Shown here piece after piece: positions 9,996 through 20,905 of a stretch of 27,459 nucleotides of DNA (the first letter of the stretch is position 1; each line of letters opens with the position of its first letter). The notes under the pieces are model-generated. The model was not told where the DNA came from, searched no databases, and saw only the letters and a list, made by a program, of their open reading frames with translations. The translations under genes were made by a program, and so were the position numbers. The stretch is from Geodia barretti (taxonomy: Eukaryota): assembly GCA_030341885.1 (NCBI GenBank), contig CASHTH010003779.1, positions 72,806 to 100,264 of the forward strand, written 5' to 3'.

Positions 9996-10115
9996 CTCAG
10001 ATTGTTCTCCAGAGTTGAGTTGAGAGAGGAGTTCAGTGCCCAGCTCAGCTGTGAGGGTCCCCAGAGCTCCTTCCATTGACTGGATGTCAGTCTCCTGTGA
10101 TGCCAGTGACTGCTC
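9996..10115 (-). CDS. SMC3: SMC3 exon 20
   Basis: Peptide EQSLASQETDIQSMEGALGTLTAELGTELLSQLNSGEQSE, matching the human region ...LKAELGTDLLSQL... Confidence 0.75.
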
Positions 10116-10127
10116 CTATTTAATGCA

Positions 10128-10151
10128 GGGAGAGAGAGAGAGAGAGAGAGA
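10128..10151. repeat. (GA)n microsatellite in an SMC3 intron
   Basis: gggagagagagagagagagagagag. Confidence 0.9.
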
Positions 10152-10181
10152 TGTCAGAGCAAGCTTGGTGTGTGAAACTAC

Positions 10182-10263
10182 CTTTGGTTCTAGTGCCCTC
10201 CTGTTTGCCTGAAGCTCCTTCGTAATGGTCCTGATGTCCATCTTCTGACGCTCAAAAGTCTCC
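10182..10263 (-). CDS. SMC3: SMC3 exon 19
   Basis: Peptide (K)ETFERQKMDIRTITKELQANRRALEPK. Confidence 0.7.
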
Positions 10264-10319
10264 CTGGGAAATGAAGCCCGTCACTCAACAATACTAGTTG
10301 ACAGAGAACAGTTACGTAC

Positions 10320-10389
10320 TTGAGTTGTATCTGCTTCGTTTCAGTCTTCTGGAGGTCTCCTAGGACCTGAGTGACTTTACCCTCCAGCT
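10320..10389 (-). CDS. SMC3: SMC3 exon 18
   Basis: Peptide (Q)LEGKVTQVLGDLQKTETKQIQL, donor AA|GTACGT. Joining exons 17 and 18 gives ...HQLDQLEGK..., matching conserved ...EIDQLMNQ... Confidence 0.75.
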
Positions 10390-10935
<546 letters not shown>

Positions 10936-11150
10936 CTAACACACAGACAGATACCAACCTCCACACACAGTCGAGCCCCTCTCTAAGAAATTCTCTTAAT
11001 AGCAACAACTTTTGAATAGTTAGTTGTGCTTGAAATAAGGACACCTCACTAATATCCACACACTGTCTTTTTGTACCATTGGTGTCCCAATTAGAGATGT
11101 TCCACTGTAGCCCAAACAAACCTCCATGGTTCTAATACATATATACGTAC

Positions 11151-11295
11151 GTTCTTGGCGTTGGGATACTCCATGCGGGGAGGGTTGAGTTTGTTGAGCG
11201 GCAGGAAGGTGACCTCTCCGGGCAGTTTCTGTTTGTTCATGATGGAGAGGATCTGGGAGGCCGTGCGGTCATTGTCCACTATCACATGGAACAAT
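11151..11295 (-). CDS. SMC3: SMC3 exon 15 (hinge)
   Basis: Peptide (R)LFHVIVDNDRTASQILSIMNKQKLPGEVTFLPLNKLNPPRMEYPNAKN. Confidence 0.8.
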
Positions 11296-11478
11296 CTGCA
11301 AGACAGACAAGAGAAGATCATGGATAACATATACACATATCTACAGTATGTATCTTCACTTAGTAAGTAAGACACTACACGTGTGATGTCCATGCACGGT
11401 CCCTATGGCAGTAATGGTACAATTTGTTTTCCAAAATGTTTTGGGGGAATGTTTACTGACTAAATGTTTGAGACAGAC

Positions 11479-11615
11479 CTATTTCCAGCTGTGACCTCAA
11501 CGGCAGTAAAGACACGAGGTTCGCACGTGAAGTTCTCTAGAAGAGGGCCGTAGACTCCGCTCATCTGCTTCTCCTCCACTACCCTCTTGACTGAGTCCAG
11601 CCCCCTGTTAACTGC
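11479..11615 (-). CDS. SMC3: SMC3 exon 14 (start of hinge)
   Basis: Peptide AVNRGLDSVKRVVEEKQMSGVYGPLLENFTCEPRVFTAVEVTAGN, matching the conserved FECEPAFYTCVEVTAGNR region. Confidence 0.8.
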
Positions 11616-11693
11616 CTGCACACACACCACACAACAACACGCACACAGATATGGCAGTGTTAGTCGAGCGTCTGTTGATAGACTGGTGTTTAC

Positions 11694-11793
11694 CTTTCCT
11701 ATGGTGCCTCGAAGGTTTCGTTCACATTTGGCGAGTTCGTCTCTGGCGTTCTGGATGGTCTGGTCAATCCCCGCCTCCCTTCGCCACAGCTCT
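11694..11793 (-). CDS. SMC3: SMC3 exon 13
   Basis: Peptide (K)ELWRREAGIDQTIQNARDELAKCERNLRGTIGK, donor AAG|GTAAAC. Confidence 0.75.
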
Positions 11794-11900
11794 CTGCCGC
11801 ACACAAGAGAGAGGTACAATACCCAGCAATAGAAACTGTACACATTTTCATACTGTACGGCAGGGAGTCTGTGTTCTGAGAATGCTGGTGAAATACTAAC

Positions 11901-12004
11901 TTTCTCTCGTTGGTGAGGTCATCCCTCCTCAGCTTCAGCTGTGCGTGCTCTCGGTTGGCTCGGTCGATGGCCTCTCTCCTCTGCTCCAGATCCTCCCCAC
12001 GCTC
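11901..12004 (-). CDS. SMC3: SMC3 exon 12
   Basis: Peptide ERGEDLEQRREAIDRANREHAQLKLRRDDLTNER, donor AA|GTTAGT. Confidence 0.7.
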
Positions 12005-12068
12005 CTGTCGTTACACACCAATCACTCTCAACAGGTCCACGCAACCAGCACGGTATATGTATATGTAC

Positions 12069-12404
12069 CTTGATGTCCCGCTCCTGTCGTTTCACCTTGG
12101 CCATGCTCTGCTCCACGTCCTGGTGCAGCTGGGCCAACTGTCTCTTCTTGTTCTCCAGAGACTCTGACAACGACCCTGCCTCCCTCCTGATCCACACGTC
12201 CCTCTCGTCAACGTTGGCAAATTGCTGTCCGCGGCCCTGCTTGGCGAAGAGTTCCGAGCGTCGCTGTTCGCAGGCCTTCAGCCGAGTGTTGAGCTGTTCT
12301 TCCTCCGTCTTTTGCCGTGTGTAGCGGGGGAGGAGTCTGCCGAGCTCCTTCTGTCGTTTCTCGACCGTCTTCCCAAGCTGGGTCAGTTCTCGCTGACAGC
12401 TCTC
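12069..12404 (-). CDS. SMC3: SMC3 exon 11 (336 nt)
   Basis: Peptide ESCQRELTQLGKTVEKRQKELGRLLPRY...AKQGRGQQFANVDERDVWIRREAGSLSESLENKKRQLAQLHQDVEQSMAKVKRQERDIK. Contains the conserved AKQGRG motif. Confidence 0.75.
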
Positions 12405-12555
12405 CTGAATAGTTCAACACACACCAATACTCCCATCACACACTACGATACACCTGCAAAGCCTATTGCACATATCCTCCAAAACTATGCCTTCCAGTTT
12501 GATTGCGTTTGAGTCCCACATAGGTGTAGTTGATATGCACTTGCCTTGTGTTTAC

Positions 12556-12713
12556 ACTCCCTGATTCATATATATATATATATGTACTATATGTACCTCA
12601 TGCACTCCCTGATTCATATATACTATATTGTACCTCATGCACTCCCTGATTCATATATACTATATTGTACCTCATGCACTCCCTGATTCATATATACTAT
12701 ACGTACCTCATGA
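12556..12713. repeat. 37-bp tandem repeat, about 4 copies, in the SMC3 intron between exons 10 and 11
   Basis: Unit cactccctgattcatatatactatattgtacctcatg. The first copy is expanded by a (TA)n run. Confidence 0.8.
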
Positions 12714-12812
12714 GAAACATATATACATAAAGGACTAAGGCCTGAATAACATCCACAGCACTATGTATGTAGTCACTATACCTACTGTGTTGTGTTCACA
12801 CAGATACAGTAC

Positions 12813-12977
12813 CTTGGATTTCTTGTCGTCCACGAGGCTCTCCTCCAGGTCCTTGACGTCAAACTCCAGCTTGGCCCTCTGTCTGATCATCTCCTGGTCG
12901 TCCTCGGCCAACTGCTGCCTCTCTGACTGGAGGGTATGCAGGGATACCTCAAGCTCCTTCACCTCCCTCTCTAGAGA
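12813..12977 (-). CDS. SMC3: SMC3 exon 10
   Basis: Peptide SLEREVKELEVSLHTLQSERQQLAEDDQEMIRQRAKLEFDVKDLEESLVDDKKSK. Confidence 0.75.
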
Positions 12978-13040
12978 CTGTGACAGGGAGGGAGGGAGGG
13001 CAGTCAACAGTGGTGGGAGTCACCTGTGGGGAAGTTTTAC

Positions 13041-13121
13041 CTCTATTTTCGACCGAGCGGCTGCAATTTTTTCGTTCCTCTCTCTTGACCCCTCCTTGCT
13101 GCCTTTACGAGCATCCTCCAG
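13041..13121 (-). CDS. SMC3: SMC3 exon 9
   Basis: Peptide LEDARKGSKEGSRERNEKIAAARSKIE (coiled coil), donor GAG|GTAAAA. Confidence 0.7.
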
Positions 13122-13790
13122 CTGTGCGTGTGTGTGAGAAAGCAAATCAGGAGCTAACGTTAAGAGCAAAACTCATCACTCACAACAGTTTGAGCCCCAC
13201 CCACCCACACCACACAGTCATTGTGCTCATGTCACACAACATTTCCGTGATCAATGTTATAGTGATGCCCGGGGAATCACCTCCACATATTTGGAAGATA
13301 CACACACACACAGACAGACATGGGAGTACTCGTTGCAGCTATGCAAGCACTAGCAACAGGACAATGTACACACTATACGCCGGCCGGCATGAATGGTATG
13401 CAGTGACACCGCAGATAAAGTATTCACGCAATGATAGGTATGAATACCGCTATGTACAATGCACAGACCCAACAAATAGGCGATGACACAGATCATTCAC
13501 AACGAATATGCACAGTGTACGGACTTGACACTAGACACGGCTCAGTACTCGCAGTCTTCAACCACGAGAGATGTGTCTACTGTGAGGAGAGCCAGGGTGG
13601 GCAGGAAGCTCACGGGGCTAGCATTGGTCCTGGACTGACCCAACCTCCTGTACACCAGGTCAGCAAGTCTCATAGGCTACACTTTAATAAAAGTGGGCGT
13701 GGCACATGCATGGTAGATAAACAAGTTGTCAAGAGCTTCCCTCTCTTTCTCTCTCCCTTCTTTCTCTCAGTCTTCTGTAAGGTAGACATA

Positions 13791-14735
13791 ATGGCAGCAG
13801 GAGCCACAGAAAGCAGAGAGGCCCGCAGTAGAGAAGGCAGCTCCTGCCTGTACTTCTTCTATGACTGTGAGGGGTCTGGAGGCAGTGCTATCAGGGACCA
13901 GATGATCGAGGTGGCAGCGGTGGTGATGACAGAGAACCTAGGGCTGGAGCCAGGCGATGCTGAAAGACTCGGAGCAGCTCACTACTCCTCCTTGTGTCGG
14001 TGCAGCTCCGAGATCCAGGAGGGGGCGTGGCTGAAGCACGGAATCGACAGGGAGTCACTCGCCCACGAGAGACCGGTGGGAGAGGTCCTGGAGGAGATGT
14101 TTGATTGGCTGGGAGAGAGAGCGAAGGAGGTGGAGAGACTGAAGCAGAGATCGTACCAGACCGTACTGGTAGCACATGGAGGAATAGCCTTCGACTTCCC
14201 ACTGCTAGTGACAGAGGTTAAGAGGAGTCACTGCGAGCCGAAGTTCAGAGACATGAACTTGCAGTTTGCCGACACACACGTCCTGTGTCAGCAGTTGAAG
14301 ACTGCCGGGGACCCAGTCCTACGAGGTAGCACAAAACTCTCAGTCTCAGAGCTACAGTCTGTCTATTTCCCTACTGCGGAGGAATCGCACCCAGACGGCC
14401 AACCGCACAGAGCTCTCAGCGACGCCGTGACACTCAGGAGAATGTTTACACAGACGCCGCTCTCTGCCCAGATGAGCCAGTTGGGGCTGGTATCCACCGA
14501 GGACCTCGTCCAGCGCTGGCAGTTGTCTGACGACACTCACCAGTTGAGCGAGAGTCTGGGGCTGCACAAGCAGAAGGCCAGGTCACTGGTGAGGCAGGGG
14601 GAGAGCCTGATAAGACTGGAGGAGCGGTTTCGTGGGAGTGGCTGCAGTGAGCAGTGGCTGAAAGAACACCTGCGCAGTCTGGGGGTGAAACGACCTGGGC
14701 AAACCTGTCTCCAGCACTTCAGAAAGATTATATGA
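13791..14735 (+). CDS. Intronless TREX1/TREX2-like DEDDh 3'-5' exonuclease (314 aa), nested antisense in SMC3 intron 8
   Basis: One continuous ORF with a Kozak-like gacataATGG start. It has Exo I LYFFYDCEGSGGS, Exo II VLVAHGGIAFDFPLL (TREX hallmark LVAHNG..DFPLL) and Exo III SHPDGQPHRALSDAVTL (H-x4-D, similar to TREX1 SPPDSHTAEGDVLAL). It also has a roughly 100-aa C-terminal extension of unknown type. Confidence 0.75.
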   Translation: MAAGATESREARSREGSSCLYFFYDCEGSGGSAIRDQMIEVAAVVMTENLGLEPGDAERLGAAHYSSLCRCSSEIQEGAWLKHGIDRESLAHERPVGEVLEEMFDWLGERAKEVERLKQRSYQTVLVAHGGIAFDFPLLVTEVKRSHCEPKFRDMNLQFADTHVLCQQLKTAGDPVLRGSTKLSVSELQSVYFPTAEESHPDGQPHRALSDAVTLRRMFTQTPLSAQMSQLGLVSTEDLVQRWQLSDDTHQLSESLGLHKQKARSLVRQGESLIRLEERFRGSGCSEQWLKEHLRSLGVKRPGQTCLQHFRKII

Positions 14736-14845
14736 ACACCCACGCTTATCCATGGGCACAGCATAATCACAGGCAACCATATCTAAATCATATAGTCTTA
14801 TCAATCTGTTGATCCTCTACAAACTAGTGTGTACACCAACCATTA

Positions 14846-15363
<518 letters not shown>

Positions 15364-15438
15364 TTACCCATGCAAAACCTTTCAATCTTGTGTGAATCAT
15401 GGGGTGTTAACAAGTACACATATCACACAAAATAATCA

Positions 15439-15642
<204 letters not shown>

Positions 15643-15649
15643 TTACTCA

Positions 15650-15933
<284 letters not shown>

Positions 15934-15937
15934 TCAC

Positions 15938-16005
15938 GTGCAGCAGCTGTTGTCTCTCCTCTGGGCGCATGTGACTGAACTCATCACTCAAGACAAACTG
16001 AATAG
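15938..16005 (-). CDS. SMC3: SMC3 exon 3
   Basis: Peptide AIQFVLSDEFSHMRPEERQQLLH, donor CAC|GTGAGC. Confidence 0.8.
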
Positions 16006-16058
16006 CTAAAACAGAGACACACACAGGCGCATAAATTTAAAAGATTCATGACACATAC

Positions 16059-16097
16059 CGTAGAAGAAATTGCTTTTTCCAGAGCCATTCCTCCCGA
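16059..16097 (-). CDS. SMC3: SMC3 exon 2 (Walker A: VGRNGSGKSNFFY)
   Basis: Acceptor ttgtacag|, P-loop GRNGSGKSN, donor G|GTATGT. Confidence 0.75.
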
Positions 16098-16158
16098 CTG
16101 TACAAAATAAAAGGGGAGCAGTAAAAAGTGTTCACTCTATTCCAGCACACACACTCAC

Positions 16159-16240
16159 CGACGACATTGTTTTTGGGACTGAAGGGTTCGATGACTGTCT
16201 GGTCTCGGTAGCTCCGAAACCCGTGAAGAATGACCTTCAT
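16159..16240 (-). CDS. SMC3: SMC3 exon 1 (an ATG at 16240 gives MKVILHGFRSYRDQTVIEPFSPKNNVV; an upstream in-frame ATG at 16267 is the alternative start)
   Basis: Matches the SMC3 N-terminus pattern M..K.VII.GFRSYRDQT. Donor G|GTGAGT. Confidence 0.7.
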
Positions 16241-16267
16241 TAGGGGAATCACCAGAGTAGCATACAT

Positions 16268-16830
16268 TATTAGGTGGGTGTGGCTTTCTCATTCCAGCAG
16301 CCCGGTTTGCAAAACACATTCATGGACGCGCGTGTCCCTTCGGGAGACTGCAGGCTAGACTAGCGGTCTGGTTTGCTGCATGCAAGGACACGCTGGCTAG
16401 CGCCCGCAAAGTAAGCGGCCAGCGGGGTCAAAGGGCGAAGTCGAAGCTTTACCTGCTTGATATGCATGGCGGGAAGCTTCGCGGGCAGCGGTCGTCTCGT
16501 CAGAGGTTGGCTGGGATAGGGGACGGCTCTGTTGGTCCACTAAGACAAGTGCCAGATCGAGGCTACATAGGATATCGGGAGCAGTTGCCTTCTTTCCCGC
16601 CAAAAGTCGAGGCGGGGATAAGAAATTTAGAAAACTATGGATCATTGATTTTCGGCTATTTAGAATTGACAATATACGGTCAAGCACGTTGTCGTCGCGC
16701 GCAATCAAATTTTCGCGCTTTTGATCGACCAATCAGAGCGAGACACCTAACAAGGTGGGTATAAAGTTATTTATCAGCCAGTGCTTTCCTCACCCCTAAA
16801 CTGTTTCCATCTCTTTGTACAGGCTTCACA
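16268..16830. promoter_or_regulatory. Bidirectional (head-to-head) SMC3/SIL1 promoter region, CpG-rich
   Basis: Lies between the divergent start codons (SMC3 16240/16267 minus, SIL1 16831 plus). It has dense CpG, a CCAAT box at 16729-16733 (gaccaatcag), TATAAAG at 16760-16766 and an E2F-like TTTCGCGC at 16711-16718. Confidence 0.55.
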
Positions 16831-17741
16831 ATGGCTGTTAGAGGTGCCTACCTTATAGTGGCGGCATCGCTAGTCATGATGCTTCAATGCTGTAACCATG
16901 TCTGTGTCTGTGAAGAAAATGGCATTTCTGAAGACTTTGAGGACGACGATCTCTCTCTGGAGGTTGAGGACGAAGAGGAAGCAACGCTCAGCGTCTTTGA
17001 GCCAACTCGCGAATGGAAAACGGTGGAGGAAGGTCAGGCAATCCCCGCGGGGCTCCACGTCCGAATGAACATGGAGACCGGTAAAAACGAGGCGAAACTT
17101 ATGGACGACGTCGCCACAGATAGGGAGAGCGAGAAAACGACCGATAAGGGTGGGGGGTCTGAAACAAGAACACCACAGCCTAAAACACCTCCTCCAGCAA
17201 ACCAGAAGAGAGGTGACACTGGGCCTTCTCCAGGGTTCTTCTTCCAGGGAGACCAGCGAAGGGCACACTACTACGGCCACAGCGACAGGAGAGGGATCAT
17301 AAACCTTCGCCGACGGATGTTGACTCACAGAGACGTGGCCGCAGCACTCAGGAAGATTGACGAGAACAATGCCCAAATCCCCAAGAGGCCCCCTGGGATG
17401 ATTACTCATTCCCGGCCGGCTTCTGGTGGCTCCTCCTCTCCGTCGCAGAATGTAGTGACTGCAGGGGTCCAACAGGAGGGAGGTGGTGGAAGGATGGAGA
17501 GGCCGATGCACCGAGAGCTGTCAGAGATGCTGCAACACACAAAGACGCTCGCCAGGAAGTCGGTGACCGTCCCGGAGCTGCTGCAGGCCCTGGAGGAGCT
17601 CGAGTACCACGTCCACCACATTGAGAATGCCAAGGAGCTGAACTCCATCGGAGGGCTGGTGGTGGTGGTGAGACTCCTCAACCACACACACCCCGACGTC
17701 AGGAGCAGTGCTGCCCATGTCATCGGTGCCGCAACACAGAG
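16831..17741 (+). CDS. SIL1: SIL1 (BiP nucleotide-exchange factor) exon 1: start codon, signal peptide, long first exon
   Basis: Starts [21 protein letters not shown]. The stretch [36 protein letters not shown] matches human SIL1 [36 protein letters not shown]. The stretch [23 protein letters not shown] matches [23 protein letters not shown]. Donor AG|GTACTT. Confidence 0.8.
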
Positions 17742-17875
17742 GTACTTACTACTATTTGTGTAGCCATCTTCCCAATGCCTGGCGTACATCTGATGGGAAA
17801 TGGCTACAGGACAGTGTTGGGTTTATTTTGCCAAACGACAGCATGGTTTACTGGCCCTGTTACCTGTATCTGCAG

Positions 17876-18137
17876 CAACCCCCACGTTCAGAGTGAGGTG
17901 TTGGACTACGGAGGTCTCCAGCTACTGTGTGGGTTTATCGGGTCAGGAGAGCCGGAGCTGGTCCAGAGACGAGGCCTGTTTGCTCTGAGTGCCCTCCTGA
18001 GAGGCAACACGCAGCCCCAGCTGGCATTTGTCCAGGAGTGCCGCGGCCTCATGCAGCTGGGACTGGACTTTCAGCAACGGACCATGCCCACCCAGTTGAA
18101 GATTGTTACTCTGCTCACTGACCTACTACATGAACAG
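17876..18137 (+). CDS. SIL1: SIL1 exon 2
   Basis: Acceptor tctgcag|. Peptide (S)NPHVQSEVLDYGGLQLLCGFIGSGEPELVQRRGLFALSALLRGNTQPQLAFVQECRGLMQLGL...LLHEQ, donor CAG|GTGTGT. Confidence 0.8.
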
Positions 18138-18283
18138 GTGTGTATATACTGAAATATACACCTGCAGGATGGTGTGCATTCCCGCCATCCTGCTATGTTG
18201 CACACATGGGTAACATGTTGTCACATTTTCATCCTCAGAACGAAAAAAGAATGATTAAAAATTGTCCCTCTATGATATTTTAG

Positions 18284-18415
18284 GATCAGCTGATACACAA
18301 CTCTGAAGAACTGAAGAGTCTACTGCACCGCAGTGTCCAGGAGCATGGCTGGTGCCAGCACGTACCATCGCTACTCCACAGTGAAACGCTCTCACCCACC
18401 GAGAAGGCCTTACAG
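18284..18415 (+). CDS. SIL1: SIL1 exon 3
   Basis: Acceptor attttag|. Peptide DQLIHNSEELKSLLHRSVQEHGWCQHVPSLLHSETLSPTEKALQ, matching human [26 protein letters not shown]. Donor CAG|GTCCAC. Confidence 0.75.
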
Positions 18416-18552
18416 GTCCACCACCACCACCACCAGCCACACACTTATCTTTTGCACCCCTTCCATCTCATTACTATTTCTTTCAGACAGGCAATACTCT
18501 CTCTTTAACTCTGTCTCCCCCCTCAGTTCCCTCGCCCCTCTCGTTACTACAG

Positions 18553-18729
18553 GCAATGAGTGTTCTCCAACATCTCTGTGACTTCACCGGTCACCTGCCG
18601 AGACTCCAAGAGCTGCAGCAACAGTTCCAAGCGGCAGTGAAACAAGAAGAAGACGAATTTTCACAGACGTTACTAAACCACTCTCAGGAACTGCTGAGAA
18701 ACATTAGGAACAGAAACAAGGAGTTATAG
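18553..18729 (+). CDS. SIL1: SIL1 exon 4 (stop TAG)
   Basis: Acceptor ctacag|. Peptide AMSVLQHLCDFTGHLPRLQELQQQFQAAVKQEEDEFSQTLLNHSQELLRNIRNRNKEL*. The four exons total 1482 nt. Confidence 0.75.
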   Translation, partial: AMSVLQHLCDFTGHLPRLQELQQQFQAAVKQEEDEFSQTLLNHSQELLRNIRNRNKEL

Positions 18730-19010
18730 CGTTTTAGAGTCACCAATCATGCTATTTCCAATCATGCTATTTCATCACGTGTTGACCCTGCCACATGACT
18801 TTGATGATTTCCTTAAAAAAATCATTACCTGCAGATGTAAAAACTCCAGTTGTACAGTATTATACTGCAGCATTCAAAGGATGTGGTGACAGAACGGGAG
18901 AGAAAGAGGAGAGAGCAGGCGAGGGAGGTATCAAGAGGTCGAGCCCAACTCATTGAGAAGAGTTAACTGCTGGACACTAGAGAGTCCTACGGTCTCTCTT
19001 ACTGAGTTAG

Positions 19011-19214
19011 TCACCGACCGCAGCTGAGGAAGAAAGAGAGATGAGGGGGAGAGAGGGAAACGAGACAATGTGTGAGGAACCGGTTTACTGTCCTCACCAG
19101 TTGTGTGAAGAAAGCTGCTTCGTTCAGTTTCTCTGCGTACTTGTCGAAATGGTCCAGGTTGTCTTGCAGTTTCAGAGTCAGCGTGTCGTAGTTGCTCCTC
19201 ACAACCTCCAGAAC
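19011..19214 (-). CDS. DYM: DYM-like last exon (stop)
   Basis: Acceptor tctcag|. Peptide [47 protein letters not shown]...*, matching the dymeclin C-terminus [48 protein letters not shown]. Confidence 0.65.
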   Translation of the reverse strand, partial: VLEVVRSNYDTLTLKLQDNLDHFDKYAEKLNEAAFFTQLVRTVNRFLTHCLVSLSPPHLSFFLSCGR

Positions 19215-20881
19215 CTGAGATTAGTCATGCAAATCACACGTTACATAACCCCAGCACAATCTGTGGACACCGGCACAGTGTGACGCGCAAATAGCACCGG
19301 ATTTCTTCAGGTATGCCTCATTCTGTGAAAATTAGATTCCCCTAGTGCAGCCTATTAACATACAGGTTCACAAGAAGCCAGAAGATCCACTGAGATTGCT
19401 CTGTGAACAAGACTTCCCCACTCCACTATTACTAAGAGCGAGTCTCATACATGCGTATATACCTGCTCTGGAGTTATGGAGGTGACGTGATGGCTGGCGG
19501 ACCAGGCGTTGATGCGAGGGTGAAAGTGAGCAGAGATTGATCTGACGTTCACCAGGTTCGCGGCGAGCTGGCTGGCACTCGAGTGGAACTCACTGTGGGC
19601 ATCTGGACTGGAGTAGCGCTTGGCTGCAGAGATGGAACACCCCAAACAATGAGGGCTCTTTAACACATTGGAACACATCAATTGATTCACTAACACACAA
19701 TATGTAGAAAAAGTCACCAAACAAGAAGTGGCAGTCCAATTTACCAATTGGGCCACTTAGTCTGCAGGACTTCTGCTTTAAACATTGGGCCAAGTACATA
19801 TGCACAAGATGCAGTGTCATGAGCGTTCAGTCGAGGCCTCACCCATTGAGTGGACGTCCTCAAAGATCTTCTGCATGCGGATCAGTTCATAGTAGAGCTC
19901 GTCGTAAGTGCTGGGATTGGGCAGGAAGGTGTCTCCGTAGGTTATGAACAGATTGAAGATCTTGACCACCTGTTGTGGGAGGGAGACAGAACTACGTATG
20001 CTGTATGCACCACTAGCCAATGGTTACTGTTGCATGTACTATACTATAGAGAGTACTGTTATGTGTAGAATAGTAGCAAGGGGCACTGACCTCAATTGCA
20101 ACCGCAAAGATGTTCAGCTTTGGGAGAAGGTGTTCCTCGCTGGCGGCAAAGAACTTGAGCAGATTCAGCAGACCTTCATTTTCGTACATTAGAATTCAGT
20201 GTCAGTTGACACACAGAGGGAGGGAGGTCAGAACGCGATGTGACTCACCGACCCACAGCTCCTTCCAGTTGTAGTTGAGTCTTATCTTGCAGCGCTTCTG
20301 GTAGCACAGCATCCGATGGACCACTCCCAGACACTTTCTACGCACACCACAAACCAAATTCACACACTTTCAGCGGCCGTGTATACTATATAGACCTGTA
20401 CAGGTCGAGCTTGAAGTTCTTTGCCATGTGACTGATCATGAACTCTACCATCAAATCTGAAACACGTTCGGCACTCGAAACTTTCCAAACGTTAAATGAA
20501 CTACTTAAGACAGGGGCTCACCTAGCAGGGAGCATGCCAGAGGACGAACGTGAGACAGACCGTCTTTGGTCGGCTTTCTGTGCAGCAGACTCTTCAGACA
20601 GAAATTGAAAGACAGAGAGCAAACATTAACTTTTCTCAACACTACTGGAACATTACTGAACGTATGGGCCACTCACAGCTCTGTGTAGGGTGACTGGGAA
20701 TGTCATGTTGGGGTCGTGGAGAAATGAGTTGGCAAACTGATCCTGTGTGGAGGAGGTGTGGACAGCTCAACAGCTACTGTCCCCTGCCACATGCTAGCTG
20801 TATGATCAGTGACGTACCTCGACAATACAGGTGATGATGACAAGACAGAGACGTGCATGGGTGACAGATGAATCATCTGGC

Positions 20882-20905
20882 AGAGAGAGAGAGAGAGAGA
20901 GAGGA
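20882..20905. repeat. (GA)n microsatellite in a DYM intron
   Basis: agagagagagagagagagagagag. Confidence 0.9.

Noticed and set aside
9674-10023. Three overlapping 66-67-aa plus-strand ORFs (MYVSQYNRRGSLLSVSCVISLIG...)
   Set aside because: They are generated by the 73-bp tandem repeat and have nearly identical sequences shifted by one repeat unit. They sit inside an SMC3 intron with no coding signal.
13431-13790. The 120-codon upstream extension of the exonuclease ORF (MIGMNTAMYNAQ...)
   Set aside because: It has no similarity to nucleases. TREX-type proteins begin about 10-20 aa before Exo motif I, and the ATG at 13791 has a good Kozak context, so the extension is most likely untranslated intron or UTR sequence.
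16870-17511. 213-aa minus-strand ORF antisense to SIL1 exon 1
   Set aside because: Antisense open frame of a GC-rich coding exon. It has no start context, no splice logic and no recognisable domains.
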